Shown one piece after another: positions 10,201-18,876 of a stretch of 64,000 nt of DNA. The stretch covers positions 19,031-83,030 of the forward strand of contig CAISGE010000022.1 of assembly GCA_903884815.1 (NCBI GenBank), in the 5' to 3' direction. Origin of the DNA: Candidatus Omnitrophota bacterium. Its GTDB lineage: Bacteria > Omnitrophota > Omnitrophia > Omnitrophales > Aquincolibacteriaceae. Below the pieces are notes generated by a model, which worked only from the letters and a program-made list of their open reading frames with translations, was not told where the DNA came from and did not search any database. The translations under genes were made by a program, and so were the position numbers. The stretch's first letter is position 1; each line of letters starts with the position of its first letter.

Positions 10201-10465
10201 AAACGTATTCGACCCCGGGGATCTCCCAAAACTTCCGCTCGCCGAGGTTCACGATGCGCTGCTCGACTTCGCGGGAACTCGCGCCCGGATAGGCGACAAA
10301 GACATCGAACATCGGCACCGAGATCTGTGGCTCTTCCTCGCGCGGCAGGTTCATCACCGCGAATACGCCGAGAATAAGCGACACCGCGATAATAAGCGGC
10401 GTGATCTTCGATTTCGCGAAGTAGCTGACGATTCCGCTGATAAAGTCCGAATGATGTGTCGTCAT
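7244..10465 (-). CDS. RND efflux transporter permease subunit (AcrB/CusA superfamily)
   Basis: 1073 aa; LPREEEPQI, GILVDDPIV.VENI, RNSIILVDF, RFRPMLLT. Confidence 0.95.
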   Translation of the reverse strand: MTTHHSDFISGIVSYFAKSKITPLIIAVSLILGVFAVMNLPREEEPQISVPMFDVFVAYPGASSREVEQRIVNLGERKFWEIPGVEYVYSTTEAEGALFIIRFKVGENVEKSLIKLYTKVYSNLDFMPPDGTQPLIKVRSIDDVPIMALTFHSEKQDPVALRRTVANLQRIVNAIPDVSETHITGGRKRQFQVFFDEEKLKARLLSPLEIGQLIRAANVKQSSGHLESVPELTQVESDAFFRTKTDLENLVVGVSGGSTVTLKDVANVVDGPDEEERSTHILFGPAEKNAKSGVFEAVTLAISKRKGANAAHLSEVIRHTLKEVPEASFPKDVTMTVTRDYGESAQEKSNELLFHMAIAVFGVSLLIAWSLGRREAGVVAIAIPMTLALTLATFYFLGFTLNRITLFALIFSIGILVDDPIVDVENIVRHLRMPQNKAKNILDVTIEAVNEVRSPLILATLTVIAAILPMAFVSGLMGPYMRPIPIGASAAMFFSMFVAFVATPWAAYQILGKAFAQGKLKAHQVGEKEDFLTRLYRSYMNPLIHDAKVRRIFLWALGILLVAVIMLVPLKLVRMKMLPFDNKNEFQVVLNMPEGTPAAKTQQVISEIAQELVKEPEVKDIEMYVGTAAPYNFNGLVRHYFLRSKPNQADLQVNLAGKHQRKRQSHDIAKAVRPKVHAIVAKYGGHVQVAEVPPGPPVLSTLVMEIYGPTLEGQNELAGSIEKLLSESAGITDIDTYVQAPEKLLRLRVNTQKASLNGIPVTQIAEVLAAAVGGRTVDLAHLSEENEPVEILLRLPQAKRATLEATLNLTLLSRFGNPISIRELVDVKDGTKDLAIYHKNLMRVSYVIADVAGKFESPAYAILQIKDAVSKLPLPTGAGDQKKIDQVFSGQPASTDRWAVKWDGEWQITYEVFRDLGIAFAFVMILIYALVVGWFQSFKTPLIIMLPIPLTLVGILPAHWLGGVFFTATSMIGMIAGAGIVVRNSIILVDFIELRRAEGMPLEEAVIEAGIERFRPMLLTAAAVVVGASVILFDPIFQGLAVALMAGEIASTLLSRTAVPVFYYMMAKKNSKA

Positions 10466-10494
10466 AGTCTCAATTTTCTTTTCTTGATGGTGAC

Positions 10495-10549
10495 CATGAC
10501 AGCCCCAATTTCAGATTCTCTGAAATTAATCAGTATTGGGGGCGTCATG
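10495..10549. repeat. GCCCCAAT...ATTGGGG palindromic (REP-like) element, copy 1
   Basis: CATGACAGCCCCAATTTCAG-ATTCT-CTGAAATT...ATTGGGGGCGTCATG; related copies at 12248 and 43535. Confidence 0.7.
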
Positions 10550-11936
10550 TTCCCAGACGTGTGTTGACCTGATGAATGCCGTCTTCGTCGAGCTGCCCCG
10601 AAAGGAAGAGCAGCTTGGCGTGTTCGAGTTCGAGCGTGAAAAGGATCTGCTGCAGGCCGGAGGCCGTTTCAAGATACGTGCGGCGTATCGCGAGAAGGTC
10701 CGCGATGGATTTACGACCCTCCTGATAAAGCTTGGCCGTCAGATCACTCGCCTGCTGGGCGTCCTGATAGGCCTGCAGGAGTACCGGATGATCGGCCGTC
10801 ACGGTTTCATAAGCCGTGAGCTCCCCGACAAGCTGTTTCGCGATCTCGTCGCGAAGCGCCTGGCGATCCGCCTTGAGCGCCTCGGTACGGTGCTTTGCCT
10901 CTTGTGTGCGGTCGGGGTAGGTCGGATTAAAAAAGTCCACGCTCCCCCGCATCCCCACCGTGAAGTTCTTGCCGCTTGATGTTAAATCGTGACTGTCGGC
11001 GGCGAGATCGCCAAACCCATAAATTTTGGGAAGGAATGAAGTCTTCTGGCGCAGAGATTCGATGCGCTCCGCATCGATCATACTATCCATCGCCACCAAA
11101 TCCTTACGCTTTTGATAAGCCTGGGCGATCAAGTTTTGAAGTTCCCCCCTCTCCTGCACATCCCCGGGAATCTTTCCTGTGGCATCCCAGACAAGCGCAG
11201 GGTCCTCGCCCATCAGAATATTCATAAACATACGCGAGGTCTTGAGCATCGCCCGCGTCCTGTTCAATTCGCGTTCGACTCCCGCCGACGCGACCTTGGC
11301 CGCGTAAAAATCCGCGCCCAGGATCATGCCTTTTTTCTGGAGATCGTCGGCCTGCTTGAGATCCTGATCGATCACATTCTTCAGACCGGTCGTGATATTG
11401 AAAAGTTCCCGGGCCAATAAAATCGCAAGATAGTTTTCAAGCGCTACGAGCGAGGCTTCCATCTCCGTGAAATCCGCTTCGAGATCCGCCGACTTGACGA
11501 GACGGCGCGCGGAACGGATCTTCGAGATCGTATTAAAGGAATCAAAAAGCAGCATCTCGCCCTGCACCCCGAAGTTGTAATTCGTCCGGTGGCGCGGGGA
11601 GTTCATCGCGTTGAGCTGAAAATCATGATCGGTGAAAGACTCCTGCCGGAGAAGCATGCTGAACACCTCCACGGGATCATCGCTCGTCACCATAGAACTG
11701 ACCCCCTGGATCCGAGGAAAAAGTTCCGCAAGCGCCAAATTCTTGCCGGCCTTGGCCTGCTCGAGCTCCTCATATTTCTTTTTCAGCGCGGGATAGTGGG
11801 CAAGGACCTTTTTATAGCAATCGAGAAAGGTCATGGTGGAGAGCATCTCCGGAGGGCGCGCGGCCGGCTCTTCGGAAAAGACAAAGGGACTGCCCAAGAG
11901 CCCCAAGACAAGTAGGAAAGGCAGTGTTTTCTTCAT
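10545..11936 (-). CDS. TolC family outer-membrane efflux protein
   Basis: Signal peptide MKKTLPFLLVLG (start revised from 11993), TolC-like helical repeats, Y.EG..SI.DLL motif, adjacent to the RND gene. Confidence 0.9.
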   Translation of the reverse strand: MKKTLPFLLVLGLLGSPFVFSEEPAARPPEMLSTMTFLDCYKKVLAHYPALKKKYEELEQAKAGKNLALAELFPRIQGVSSMVTSDDPVEVFSMLLRQESFTDHDFQLNAMNSPRHRTNYNFGVQGEMLLFDSFNTISKIRSARRLVKSADLEADFTEMEASLVALENYLAILLARELFNITTGLKNVIDQDLKQADDLQKKGMILGADFYAAKVASAGVERELNRTRAMLKTSRMFMNILMGEDPALVWDATGKIPGDVQERGELQNLIAQAYQKRKDLVAMDSMIDAERIESLRQKTSFLPKIYGFGDLAADSHDLTSSGKNFTVGMRGSVDFFNPTYPDRTQEAKHRTEALKADRQALRDEIAKQLVGELTAYETVTADHPVLLQAYQDAQQASDLTAKLYQEGRKSIADLLAIRRTYLETASGLQQILFTLELEHAKLLFLSGQLDEDGIHQVNTRLGT

Positions 11937-12044
11937 AAGGATGGCAATCATCTTAGTCCGTTTCTTTAGATTTAGAAAACTTTTTCCGAACACTCTTCAG
12001 AGCCCTGGTCTCAAATAAGTCCAGGGCGTCTAAAAATTGTTTTT

Positions 12045-12183
12045 TGACAAATGGAGCTGCGCAAAAGCATTTCCTATTTTCGGGTCCGCGGGGACATCCA
12101 TCGCTGAGAATCCAGTAGCAGGACGCCCAGAAATGTCTCCCCAGATCATCTCGTAGGCACGCAGTGAAACTAGCGCTCCGTCA
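12045..12183 (-). ncRNA. Candidate structured RNA, ~140 nt rod-like, family unknown
   Basis: Nested stems UGAC/GUCA, GGAGC/GCUCC, CCUA/UAGG, UCUG/CGGA, GGG(A)GACAU/AUGUCCCC, CUGGGCGUCC/GGAUUCUCAG; candidate promoter TTGGGC-17-AAGAAT just upstream. Confidence 0.4.
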
Positions 12184-12247
12184 CATTAATTCTTAATAGG
12201 TTTGCCGTTCTGCCCAAGTTTTTATTTCCTTTCATTTGTGGCGACTT

Positions 12248-12293
12248 GGGCTGCCCCAATTTCCGCTTCACGGAAATTGATAAGAATTGGGGC
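12248..12293. repeat. GCCCCAAT...ATTGGGG palindromic element, copy 2
   Basis: GGGCTGCCCCAATTTCCG-CTTCA-CGGAAATTG...AATTGGGGC. Confidence 0.7.
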
Positions 12294-12330
12294 TTTACCG
12301 TGTGCCGTTATAAATTTATGTGACACGGTA

Positions 12331-13143
12331 CTAGTTATGCCCGGATAAAGCTTTTCCGCCCAAAACCCGGTCAATCTCAGCTTTCCAGGAATTGATATCG
12401 CGGGCACCGGATTTCTTTCCGTTCAGGAAGAAGGTCGGGGTTCCGCGAACATCCGACTGAACTCCCAATTTCATATCGTCTTTAATTTGCTTGTCGAATT
12501 CAGCGTCCTTGTTCTTGAGGTCTTCTTTTAGTTTGTTCTCATCCAAAGCAAGCGCCTGCGCATACTCTTTCACTTTGGCCTCAGAGACATCGGCCCTGTT
12601 CTTCATGAGAATATCAATCGCTTCAAAATACTTTCCCTGAAGATGGGCCGCTAAAGCAAATTTAGCCGCAGGCACAGCTCTTTGATGAAAACCAAGCGGG
12701 TAATTCTTGACCATAAGTTTGACCTTGTCCGGATACGCTTTCAGAACCTCTTTAATCGGCTCATAAAAACGCGAACAATACGGACACTCGAAATCAGCGA
12801 ACATCGTGATCATGACAGCAGCGTCCTTAGGACCCTTCACCGGCGTGACCCCGACATCGAGTACATATACCTTATTCAGATCTTCCGCAGGCGATGGCTG
12901 CCTCCCCTGACTTCCGCGGCAGAGCGCTCCGGTGGCGATCTTTTGGTCTAACGAATCGATTTTCCTCTCCAGGACGTCGATCTTCTTATCTATACGGTTC
13001 TGCGTCTCGGATAACGCTGCCATTCTGGCGCTGACAGGGGCCATGGCACGCGTCACCAAAAAATTGATGCCGATCAACAACGCGATACCGGCAACAATCC
13101 ACGCGCCGACCGCTAAAAAAGCATTCCTCGTCTGCTCATGCAT
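12331..13143 (-). CDS. DsbA-like thioredoxin-fold protein with N-terminal anchor and coiled coil
   Basis: FADFECPYC, YPL.FH, GTPTFFLNG. Confidence 0.92.
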   Translation of the reverse strand: MHEQTRNAFLAVGAWIVAGIALLIGINFLVTRAMAPVSARMAALSETQNRIDKKIDVLERKIDSLDQKIATGALCRGSQGRQPSPAEDLNKVYVLDVGVTPVKGPKDAAVMITMFADFECPYCSRFYEPIKEVLKAYPDKVKLMVKNYPLGFHQRAVPAAKFALAAHLQGKYFEAIDILMKNRADVSEAKVKEYAQALALDENKLKEDLKNKDAEFDKQIKDDMKLGVQSDVRGTPTFFLNGKKSGARDINSWKAEIDRVLGGKALSGHN

Positions 13144-13349
13144 ACATACTCCTTTAATTTATTTGATGTTTTTTCTATCTCACCCACGAACAAGGCATTT
13201 ACTTTATTTTCTTTTTTAGCTCGACCAATACATTAAGCACGATGTATATCCCGCCCGATTCCTAGGACTAAAAAGCTAGCTCCGCTTTCGTTTAGTCAAT
13301 CACAATAGGGATTCATTGAACATTTTTCTCTTATTTTTGTAAATGCTTA

Positions 13350-14426
13350 TTATCTGACCTCTGCAGCCGGGGCCGGTTCGCTGGAAAAGAATTTACGGCG
13401 AAAATACAGCGAAAGGCTCACAAGCCCGATCAACACGGGGACTTCGACCAGGGGGCCGATCACGGCTGCAAACGCGACGCCGGAATGGATCCCGAACACA
13501 GCCACCGCCACAGCGATCGCCAATTCAAAGTTATTACTCGCGGCCGTGAAGGATAAAGTCGCGGACTGAGCGTAATTCGCGCCGATATTTTTGCTCATAA
13601 AAAAAGAGAGCAGGAACATCACGACAAAGTAGAGGAGAAGGGGTATTGCGATGCGCACCACATCCACCGGAATCCTGACGATCGCCTCGCCTTTAAGCGA
13701 AAACATCACAACGATCGTAAACAATAGTGCGATAAGCGTCATAGGACTGATGGCCGGGATGAACTTTGTCTCATACCAGACCTTATCCTTGGCTTTGAGC
13801 AGAATGAAACGCGTCAGCATCCCCGCCAGAAAGGGAATGCCGAGGTAGATAAAGACGCTTTTCGCGATCTGCCCGATCGTGATAGCCACCACGCTGCCAT
13901 CGAGGCCGAACCAGCGCGGCAATAACGTAATAAAAACCCAGGCATACACGGAGAAAAACAAAACCTGGAAGATCGAGTTGAACGCCACAAGCCCGGCGCA
14001 ATACTCCGTATCCCCTTCCGCGAGATCGTTCCAGACAATGACCATGGCGATGCAGCGTGCGAGACCGATCATGATCAGCCCGACCCTATATTCCGGATAG
14101 CCGCGCAGGAACGTGATCGCCAGAACGAACATCAGGATGGGGCCGATTACCCAATTCTGTACCAGGGAAAGCAGTAGGACCTTCGTGTTCTTGAACACGT
14201 CGCCGAGTTCTTCGTACTTCACCTTCGCGAGCGGCGGGTACATCATGAGGATCAGTCCGATCGCGATCGGGATATTGGTCGTCCCCACCTGGAACTTATT
14301 CCAGAAACCCACCACCGGAGGGTAAAAATATCCCGCCGCGACACCGAGCCCCATCCCGAGAAAAATCCAAAGTGTCAAGAACCGGTCTAAAAAAGAAAGC
14401 TTTTTGGGAGAATCGCAGCATGGCAT
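13350..14426 (-). CDS. acr3: ACR3 family arsenite efflux transporter
   Basis: [50 protein letters not shown]. Confidence 0.97.
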   Translation of the reverse strand: MPCCDSPKKLSFLDRFLTLWIFLGMGLGVAAGYFYPPVVGFWNKFQVGTTNIPIAIGLILMMYPPLAKVKYEELGDVFKNTKVLLLSLVQNWVIGPILMFVLAITFLRGYPEYRVGLIMIGLARCIAMVIVWNDLAEGDTEYCAGLVAFNSIFQVLFFSVYAWVFITLLPRWFGLDGSVVAITIGQIAKSVFIYLGIPFLAGMLTRFILLKAKDKVWYETKFIPAISPMTLIALLFTIVVMFSLKGEAIVRIPVDVVRIAIPLLLYFVVMFLLSFFMSKNIGANYAQSATLSFTAASNNFELAIAVAVAVFGIHSGVAFAAVIGPLVEVPVLIGLVSLSLYFRRKFFSSEPAPAAEVR

Positions 14427-14437
14427 GAAAGGACTCC

Positions 14438-14860
14438 TTATTCTGAAATGCCGTTTAAAGCAACTGCTTTAAATTTTCCATGGATCATGTCCCGGACTTT
14501 CCGGAACTCTTCAATGACGCCTTCGGTAATCTCTTTGTCATGCGGAGGATCTGGAAATTCCCAATGCAGGCGTTTCGTATTGCCAGGAAAGAACGGGCAT
14601 GATTCCTTCGCATTATCGCAAACCGTTATGACGTAATCGAAGCTTTGCCCCTTGAACTCATCCACATGTTTCGAGCGATGTCCCGAAATATCGATCCCGA
14701 TCTCCTTCATGACACGAATCGCGACAGGATTCGCCTGGGAAGGAATTGTCCCTGCGCTGAACACCTCAAAGCGGTCATTTCCGTAATGTCGCAAAATGCC
14801 TTCCGCCATTTGCGAACGACAGGAATTACCGGTGCAAAGAATTAGAACTTTTCTTTTCAT
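14438..14860 (-). CDS. arsC: Arsenate reductase (thioredoxin-dependent, LMW-PTP fold)
   Basis: [18 protein letters not shown]...E.CP, HW.FPDP; start set at MKRKV. Confidence 0.95.
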   Translation of the reverse strand: MKRKVLILCTGNSCRSQMAEGILRHYGNDRFEVFSAGTIPSQANPVAIRVMKEIGIDISGHRSKHVDEFKGQSFDYVITVCDNAKESCPFFPGNTKRLHWEFPDPPHDKEITEGVIEEFRKVRDMIHGKFKAVALNGISE

Positions 14861-15161
14861 TGTTTTTTTCCGGAACGTTTTTACAACATCCCCCTTCGAT
14901 CTTGATTCCGTGGTGATGCACGAGGGCATTTGCGAGCTTTTTGCGGGCCGCGGTAAGAATGCGTGAGACGGTCGAACGGTGCACTTTCATCTTCCGGGCC
15001 GCCGCATCCTGCTCAAGACGCCGGCCGTCACAAAGCCACAGCGCCTCCAGCTCATCCAATGTGAGAGTCGTTACGACAATATCTTTCTTTGCCACGTGGA
15101 GCGGACGAAAACAGCGGTCTCCCGGCTTGCAGCCGACCTGCCGGATCTTCTTAGGACGCAT
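14826..15161 (-). CDS. DUF134 (UPF0251) HTH protein, probable regulator
   Basis: MRPKK.R.V..., LTLDELEAL.L.D...LEQ..AA..M.V.RST..RIL..ARKKLA.ALV....IKIEGG; SD AAAGGAGG. Confidence 0.9.
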   Translation of the reverse strand: MRPKKIRQVGCKPGDRCFRPLHVAKKDIVVTTLTLDELEALWLCDGRRLEQDAAARKMKVHRSTVSRILTAARKKLANALVHHHGIKIEGGCCKNVPEKNNEKKSSNSLHR

Positions 15162-15250
15162 TTTGATCCCTCCTTTGCACCGTTTTTGTATTATTTACGA
15201 GTCAACGGTGCGGCACCTCGAACCATTCTTTTGAAGCTATCTCGGTGCCG

Positions 15251-15295
15251 TTATGCACATATGTGCATAATAGACTCAAAAAGAACTCATGTCAA
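15251..15295 (-). promoter_or_regulatory. sigma70 promoter overlapped by a perfect 20-bp palindromic operator
   Basis: TTGACA(15295-15290)-17 nt-TATTAT(15272-15267); TTATGCACATATGTGCATAA at 15251-15270. Confidence 0.85.
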
Positions 15296-15314
15296 ATATT
15301 TTTTATGAAAAGGA

Positions 15315-16229
15315 TCAAGTCAGGAAAGCGACGCTAAAAATACCGGAGGTGGTTTGGACCTTATTGCTCCCGAAGATATCCTGCTGCACGCCGGTCTCAA
15401 AACGCCAATGATCGCTCACCGGCATAATGAACCCCAGAACCACGCTCGCGAGATTGGCGGTCGTCCCGTGCCCCCCAAAATCATGGGAGTAAATCACTTC
15501 GATCTCCGGCTGCAACCACGGAAGCAGCTGATAACCCGCCGCGAAATTCGCGTGAGCCGTCCCGTAATAAAAGCTCGTGCGCTCCCAATGGGCGAACGGC
15601 GTGTTGTACCCCAGATTCACCGTCCCATTCCAGCGACCGATGTCCTTGGTGAAGGCGAAAGCGTTGTCCAAGCTGGTATAGCCTTGGCCGGCGCCGAGAT
15701 GGTCCAGATTGCTGCGCCGTCCGGTCGGCGCATACACCGTGGGTATGTAGGAGATCTCGAGTTTTTCCTCCTTAGAATGATAAAATCGCCAGCGAGCCGT
15801 CACGCCGAGGTCTCCCCAACCGCCACCGTGCGTGGGTCCGTCCGTATCCGAATCCTCCATGTCTCCGGCCTCATTGTAATTATTTTCCTTATCCAGCCGG
15901 TGCTGAAAATCCTCGAGGATCCCGATATCCATATCCTTATAAAACCCGACCGTGGTCAGCGTGTTCCACGTCTGAGTTTGATAGATCCCCCGTTTGTTTC
16001 TCGCACCATTGGACTCCCAGGCGAATTTTCCGCCTAGGACAACATAGGAGTTCCAAAATTCCACCTGGCCGGGGTCGTTCGGCGTCGCAGCCACCGTGAC
16101 AACCTTGGAGTGTTCCTCGAGGGTCTCATTTTCGGAAACCTGATCGGCAAAAAGAAAGACCGGCCAAAGACACGTCGAAAATGCCAAAAGGGTTAGCACG
16201 CGAGAATAATTCATGGGAAATGCGGTCAT
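15315..16229 (-). CDS. Putative outer-membrane beta-barrel/transporter family protein
   Basis: Signal peptide, amphipathic aromatic-rich strands, G.GD...ARWRF and APTG motifs; ATGA-coupled to the upstream small gene. Confidence 0.65.
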   Translation of the reverse strand: MTAFPMNYSRVLTLLAFSTCLWPVFLFADQVSENETLEEHSKVVTVAATPNDPGQVEFWNSYVVLGGKFAWESNGARNKRGIYQTQTWNTLTTVGFYKDMDIGILEDFQHRLDKENNYNEAGDMEDSDTDGPTHGGGWGDLGVTARWRFYHSKEEKLEISYIPTVYAPTGRRSNLDHLGAGQGYTSLDNAFAFTKDIGRWNGTVNLGYNTPFAHWERTSFYYGTAHANFAAGYQLLPWLQPEIEVIYSHDFGGHGTTANLASVVLGFIMPVSDHWRFETGVQQDIFGSNKVQTTSGIFSVAFLT

Positions 16230-16372
16230 TTTTTTTCAGAAGGCCCTTTAGGTTTAAGGCAGTCGCCGCCGCAGCAACCGCCGCTCTTCTTTCTCAAAAA
16301 AAGACGCAGTACCAGGAGCGCCGCCAGCGCCACAATGCTTAAAGCAATGATTTCGTTAGTGTCCATATTCAT
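16226..16372 (-). CDS. FeoB-associated Cys-rich small membrane protein (48 aa; not in the ORF track)
   Basis: Translated by hand: MNMDTNEIIALSIVALAALLVLRLFLRKKSGGCCGGDCLKPKGPSEKK*; AAGGAG upstream; follows feoB. Confidence 0.85.
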   Translation of the reverse strand: MNMDTNEIIALSIVALAALLVLRLFLRKKSGGCCGGDCLKPKGPSEKK

Positions 16373-16379
16373 CTCCTTG

Positions 16380-16410
16380 AACCATTTCAACCTACGAGGT
16401 TGAAGTGGTT
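16380..16410. repeat. AACCATTTCAACCT-N3-AGGTTGAA(A/G)TGGTT palindrome, copy 1
   Basis: 14-bp inverted repeat with one mismatch; near-identical copy at 21463-21493. Confidence 0.85.
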
Positions 16411-18628
16411 ATTCAAAACCCAACAGCCGCCCCCCTTGAAAGACAATAAAAGACGCGGACCACGCGAGCGCGGTCATGTAGAAGATCATAAAGAACATCC
16501 AGCCCCAGGAACCGGTCTCGCGCTTCACGATCGCAAAGGTGGAAAAGCACTGGCAGGCAAGCACATAAAAAACCATGAGCGAAAGCGCCACGAGTGGCGT
16601 GTAAGAGAGCTTTCCGGTCTCCGGTGAGCGGTCTTTCTGGAGCGCCGCCACGAGTCCCGCGGTCATGCCTTCGCCTTCGGTTTGAACGTGATGCACGATC
16701 GCAAGCGTGCTGATCAAAAGTTCGCGCGCCGCAAACGAAGCCACGATGCCGATGCCGATCTCCCAGTTAAAACCCAGAGGCCGGATGGCGGGCTCGATGA
16801 TCTTTCCGAGAGACCCGGCATAACTGGAACGGATTTGGAGATCCTTCTTCGAATGTTCGATCTCTCCGAGACGCGCCTGCAAAGCCTCCCCGCTCAAAGT
16901 CGCGGTAGCCTGCTGTCGCTCGGCCACAAAACGGGCCTCCGCGGAGGGACTCTTCGGATAGCTCACACAAAACCAAAGCAGGATCGAGAGGAGAAAAATA
17001 ATGCTCCCCGCCCGGGTAATGAATTCCTTCGCGCGATCCCACATCGTGCCAAACACTGTCTTCAAATGAGGGATCCGGTAAGGCGGCAGCTCGAACACGA
17101 ACGGCATCCGGTTCCCCTTGAGAAACGTCTTGCGAAAAAGCGAGGCAACCCCCAGACCGGTCCCGATACTCAAAAGATAAAGCCCGAGAAGCGTCAGTCC
17201 CTGAAGATGAAAGACATGAAACACGGGAACCGCAGGAATGAACGCCGCGATCAAAAGCGTGTAAACCGGAAGCCGCGCGCTACAGCTCATAAGAGGCGCC
17301 ACGAGGATCGTCGCGAGCCGGTCGTTCCGGTCCTCGATCGTGCGGGTCGCCAGGATCCCGGGTACTGTGCAGGCGAAAGAACTCAAAAGGGGCAGGAAGG
17401 CCTTGCCGTTCAGCCCCACCTTTTTCATAAGTTTGTCGAGCACGAACACCGCGCGCGCCATATAACCCGTGTCCTCAAAAAGAGCGATGAAAAAGAAAAG
17501 GAGAAAGATCTGCGGCAGAAAAACCACCACGTTTCCCACTCCCGCGATGATCCCGTCCACCACAAGGCTCTCAAGCGGCCCGGCCGGCAAGAGCGCCTGG
17601 GCAAAGTCCCCCAGCTTTTCGATGATCCGGGACAAAAGATCCATCGGGATCTTCGCCCAGGAAAATATCGACTGGAAGATGATCCCCATCACCCCGACGA
17701 AAGCCACGAGGCCCCATACGCGATGCGTTAGGATCCGATCCAGTTTCTCCGAGAACGGCACCGTCTTTTGAGGCATGCGCCGGATGACCTCCTCGCAAAG
17801 GTGATCGACCGCCGCGTACCGGCATTCGGGTTCCACGGAGGTCCAGTCGATCCCGTTCTGTTTCAGAGACGCGCGAACGCTCAGCGCCTCCACCCGCAAA
17901 AGATCTCCGGTCTTCATATCCCCGAAAAAAGGACTCCGGAAAGAACGGTCCGAAAGGATCCGGAGGGCCTCTCCAAAAGCAGCTTGAGGACGGTTCTTTA
18001 AACGGCCTTCGATCAGGACCACAATCTTATCCAGCTCGGTCTTAAGCAGGCCGGGCAAAAAAGGCTCTACCGAAAACCGTCCCGACCCCTCTGCAGGATC
18101 CGCAAGCGTCAGGGCGATGGCCTGCTGGAGCTTCGCGATCCCCTCCCGCTCCATCCCCACCGTCGTAACGCAGGGTACTCCGGTCCGTTTTTCGAGTTTC
18201 TGAAGATCAACCTCCACGCCCTTTTGCCGAGCCATATCCCACATGTTAAGCACGAGAATGACGGGAATCCCGGTCTCCAGAACCTGGGTTGCCAGATAAA
18301 GATTCCGCTCTAGATTCCCGGCATCCAAAACGACCAAGACGAGGTCGGGAGGCGGCGTGTCCCCTCTTATGCCCAAAAGAACATCATGCACCACCTCTTC
18401 ATCCAGAGAGCGCGGCAAAAGGCTGTAGGCCCCCGGAAGGTCCAAAACGGAGATATCCTCCCCGCCCGGAAGTCGCATCGAGCCTGTCTTTTTCTCAACG
18501 GTCACTCCGGGATAATTGGCCGTGCTGTGCCTAAGGCCTGTCAGCGCGTTAAAGATCGTGGTTTTCCCCGTGTTGGGGTTACCGACCAACGCGATCTCTT
18601 TATTTTTTTTATCAACGGTCTTCTTCAT
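16409..18628 (-). CDS. feoB: Ferrous iron transporter B
   Basis: GNPNTGKT, NYPGVTVE, DLPG, MSCSARLP; start set at MKKTVDK (ATGA overlap with feoA). Confidence 0.97.
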   Translation of the reverse strand: MKKTVDKKNKEIALVGNPNTGKTTIFNALTGLRHSTANYPGVTVEKKTGSMRLPGGEDISVLDLPGAYSLLPRSLDEEVVHDVLLGIRGDTPPPDLVLVVLDAGNLERNLYLATQVLETGIPVILVLNMWDMARQKGVEVDLQKLEKRTGVPCVTTVGMEREGIAKLQQAIALTLADPAEGSGRFSVEPFLPGLLKTELDKIVVLIEGRLKNRPQAAFGEALRILSDRSFRSPFFGDMKTGDLLRVEALSVRASLKQNGIDWTSVEPECRYAAVDHLCEEVIRRMPQKTVPFSEKLDRILTHRVWGLVAFVGVMGIIFQSIFSWAKIPMDLLSRIIEKLGDFAQALLPAGPLESLVVDGIIAGVGNVVVFLPQIFLLFFFIALFEDTGYMARAVFVLDKLMKKVGLNGKAFLPLLSSFACTVPGILATRTIEDRNDRLATILVAPLMSCSARLPVYTLLIAAFIPAVPVFHVFHLQGLTLLGLYLLSIGTGLGVASLFRKTFLKGNRMPFVFELPPYRIPHLKTVFGTMWDRAKEFITRAGSIIFLLSILLWFCVSYPKSPSAEARFVAERQQATATLSGEALQARLGEIEHSKKDLQIRSSYAGSLGKIIEPAIRPLGFNWEIGIGIVASFAARELLISTLAIVHHVQTEGEGMTAGLVAALQKDRSPETGKLSYTPLVALSLMVFYVLACQCFSTFAIVKRETGSWGWMFFMIFYMTALAWSASFIVFQGGRLLGFE

Positions 18629-18876
18629 AAAGTTTCTTCGTTCTTTCTTACAAGTATCTTCGCCGCGTCCTGCTTGCGTATCGAAAGACTGTAGCCGCGC
18701 AAGATGATCTCCATCGGATCCCCCAGCGGCGCGAGGCGTTTTACCAGGACGCTTGTCCCTTTCACAAGACCGAGCTCTTTGAGGCGGTAGTGAAGATCCT
18801 CTTCGCCCTCGTAGCCCAGGACCACACCAGACTCCCCGGCCTTGAGCTGATCCAAGGTTCGCTTTATTTCCGGCAT
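18625..18876 (-). CDS. feoA: Ferrous iron transport protein A
   Basis: RL.ELGL..G, APLGDP, RGY.LSIRK..A..I. Confidence 0.95.
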   Translation of the reverse strand: MPEIKRTLDQLKAGESGVVLGYEGEEDLHYRLKELGLVKGTSVLVKRLAPLGDPMEIILRGYSLSIRKQDAAKILVRKNEETL

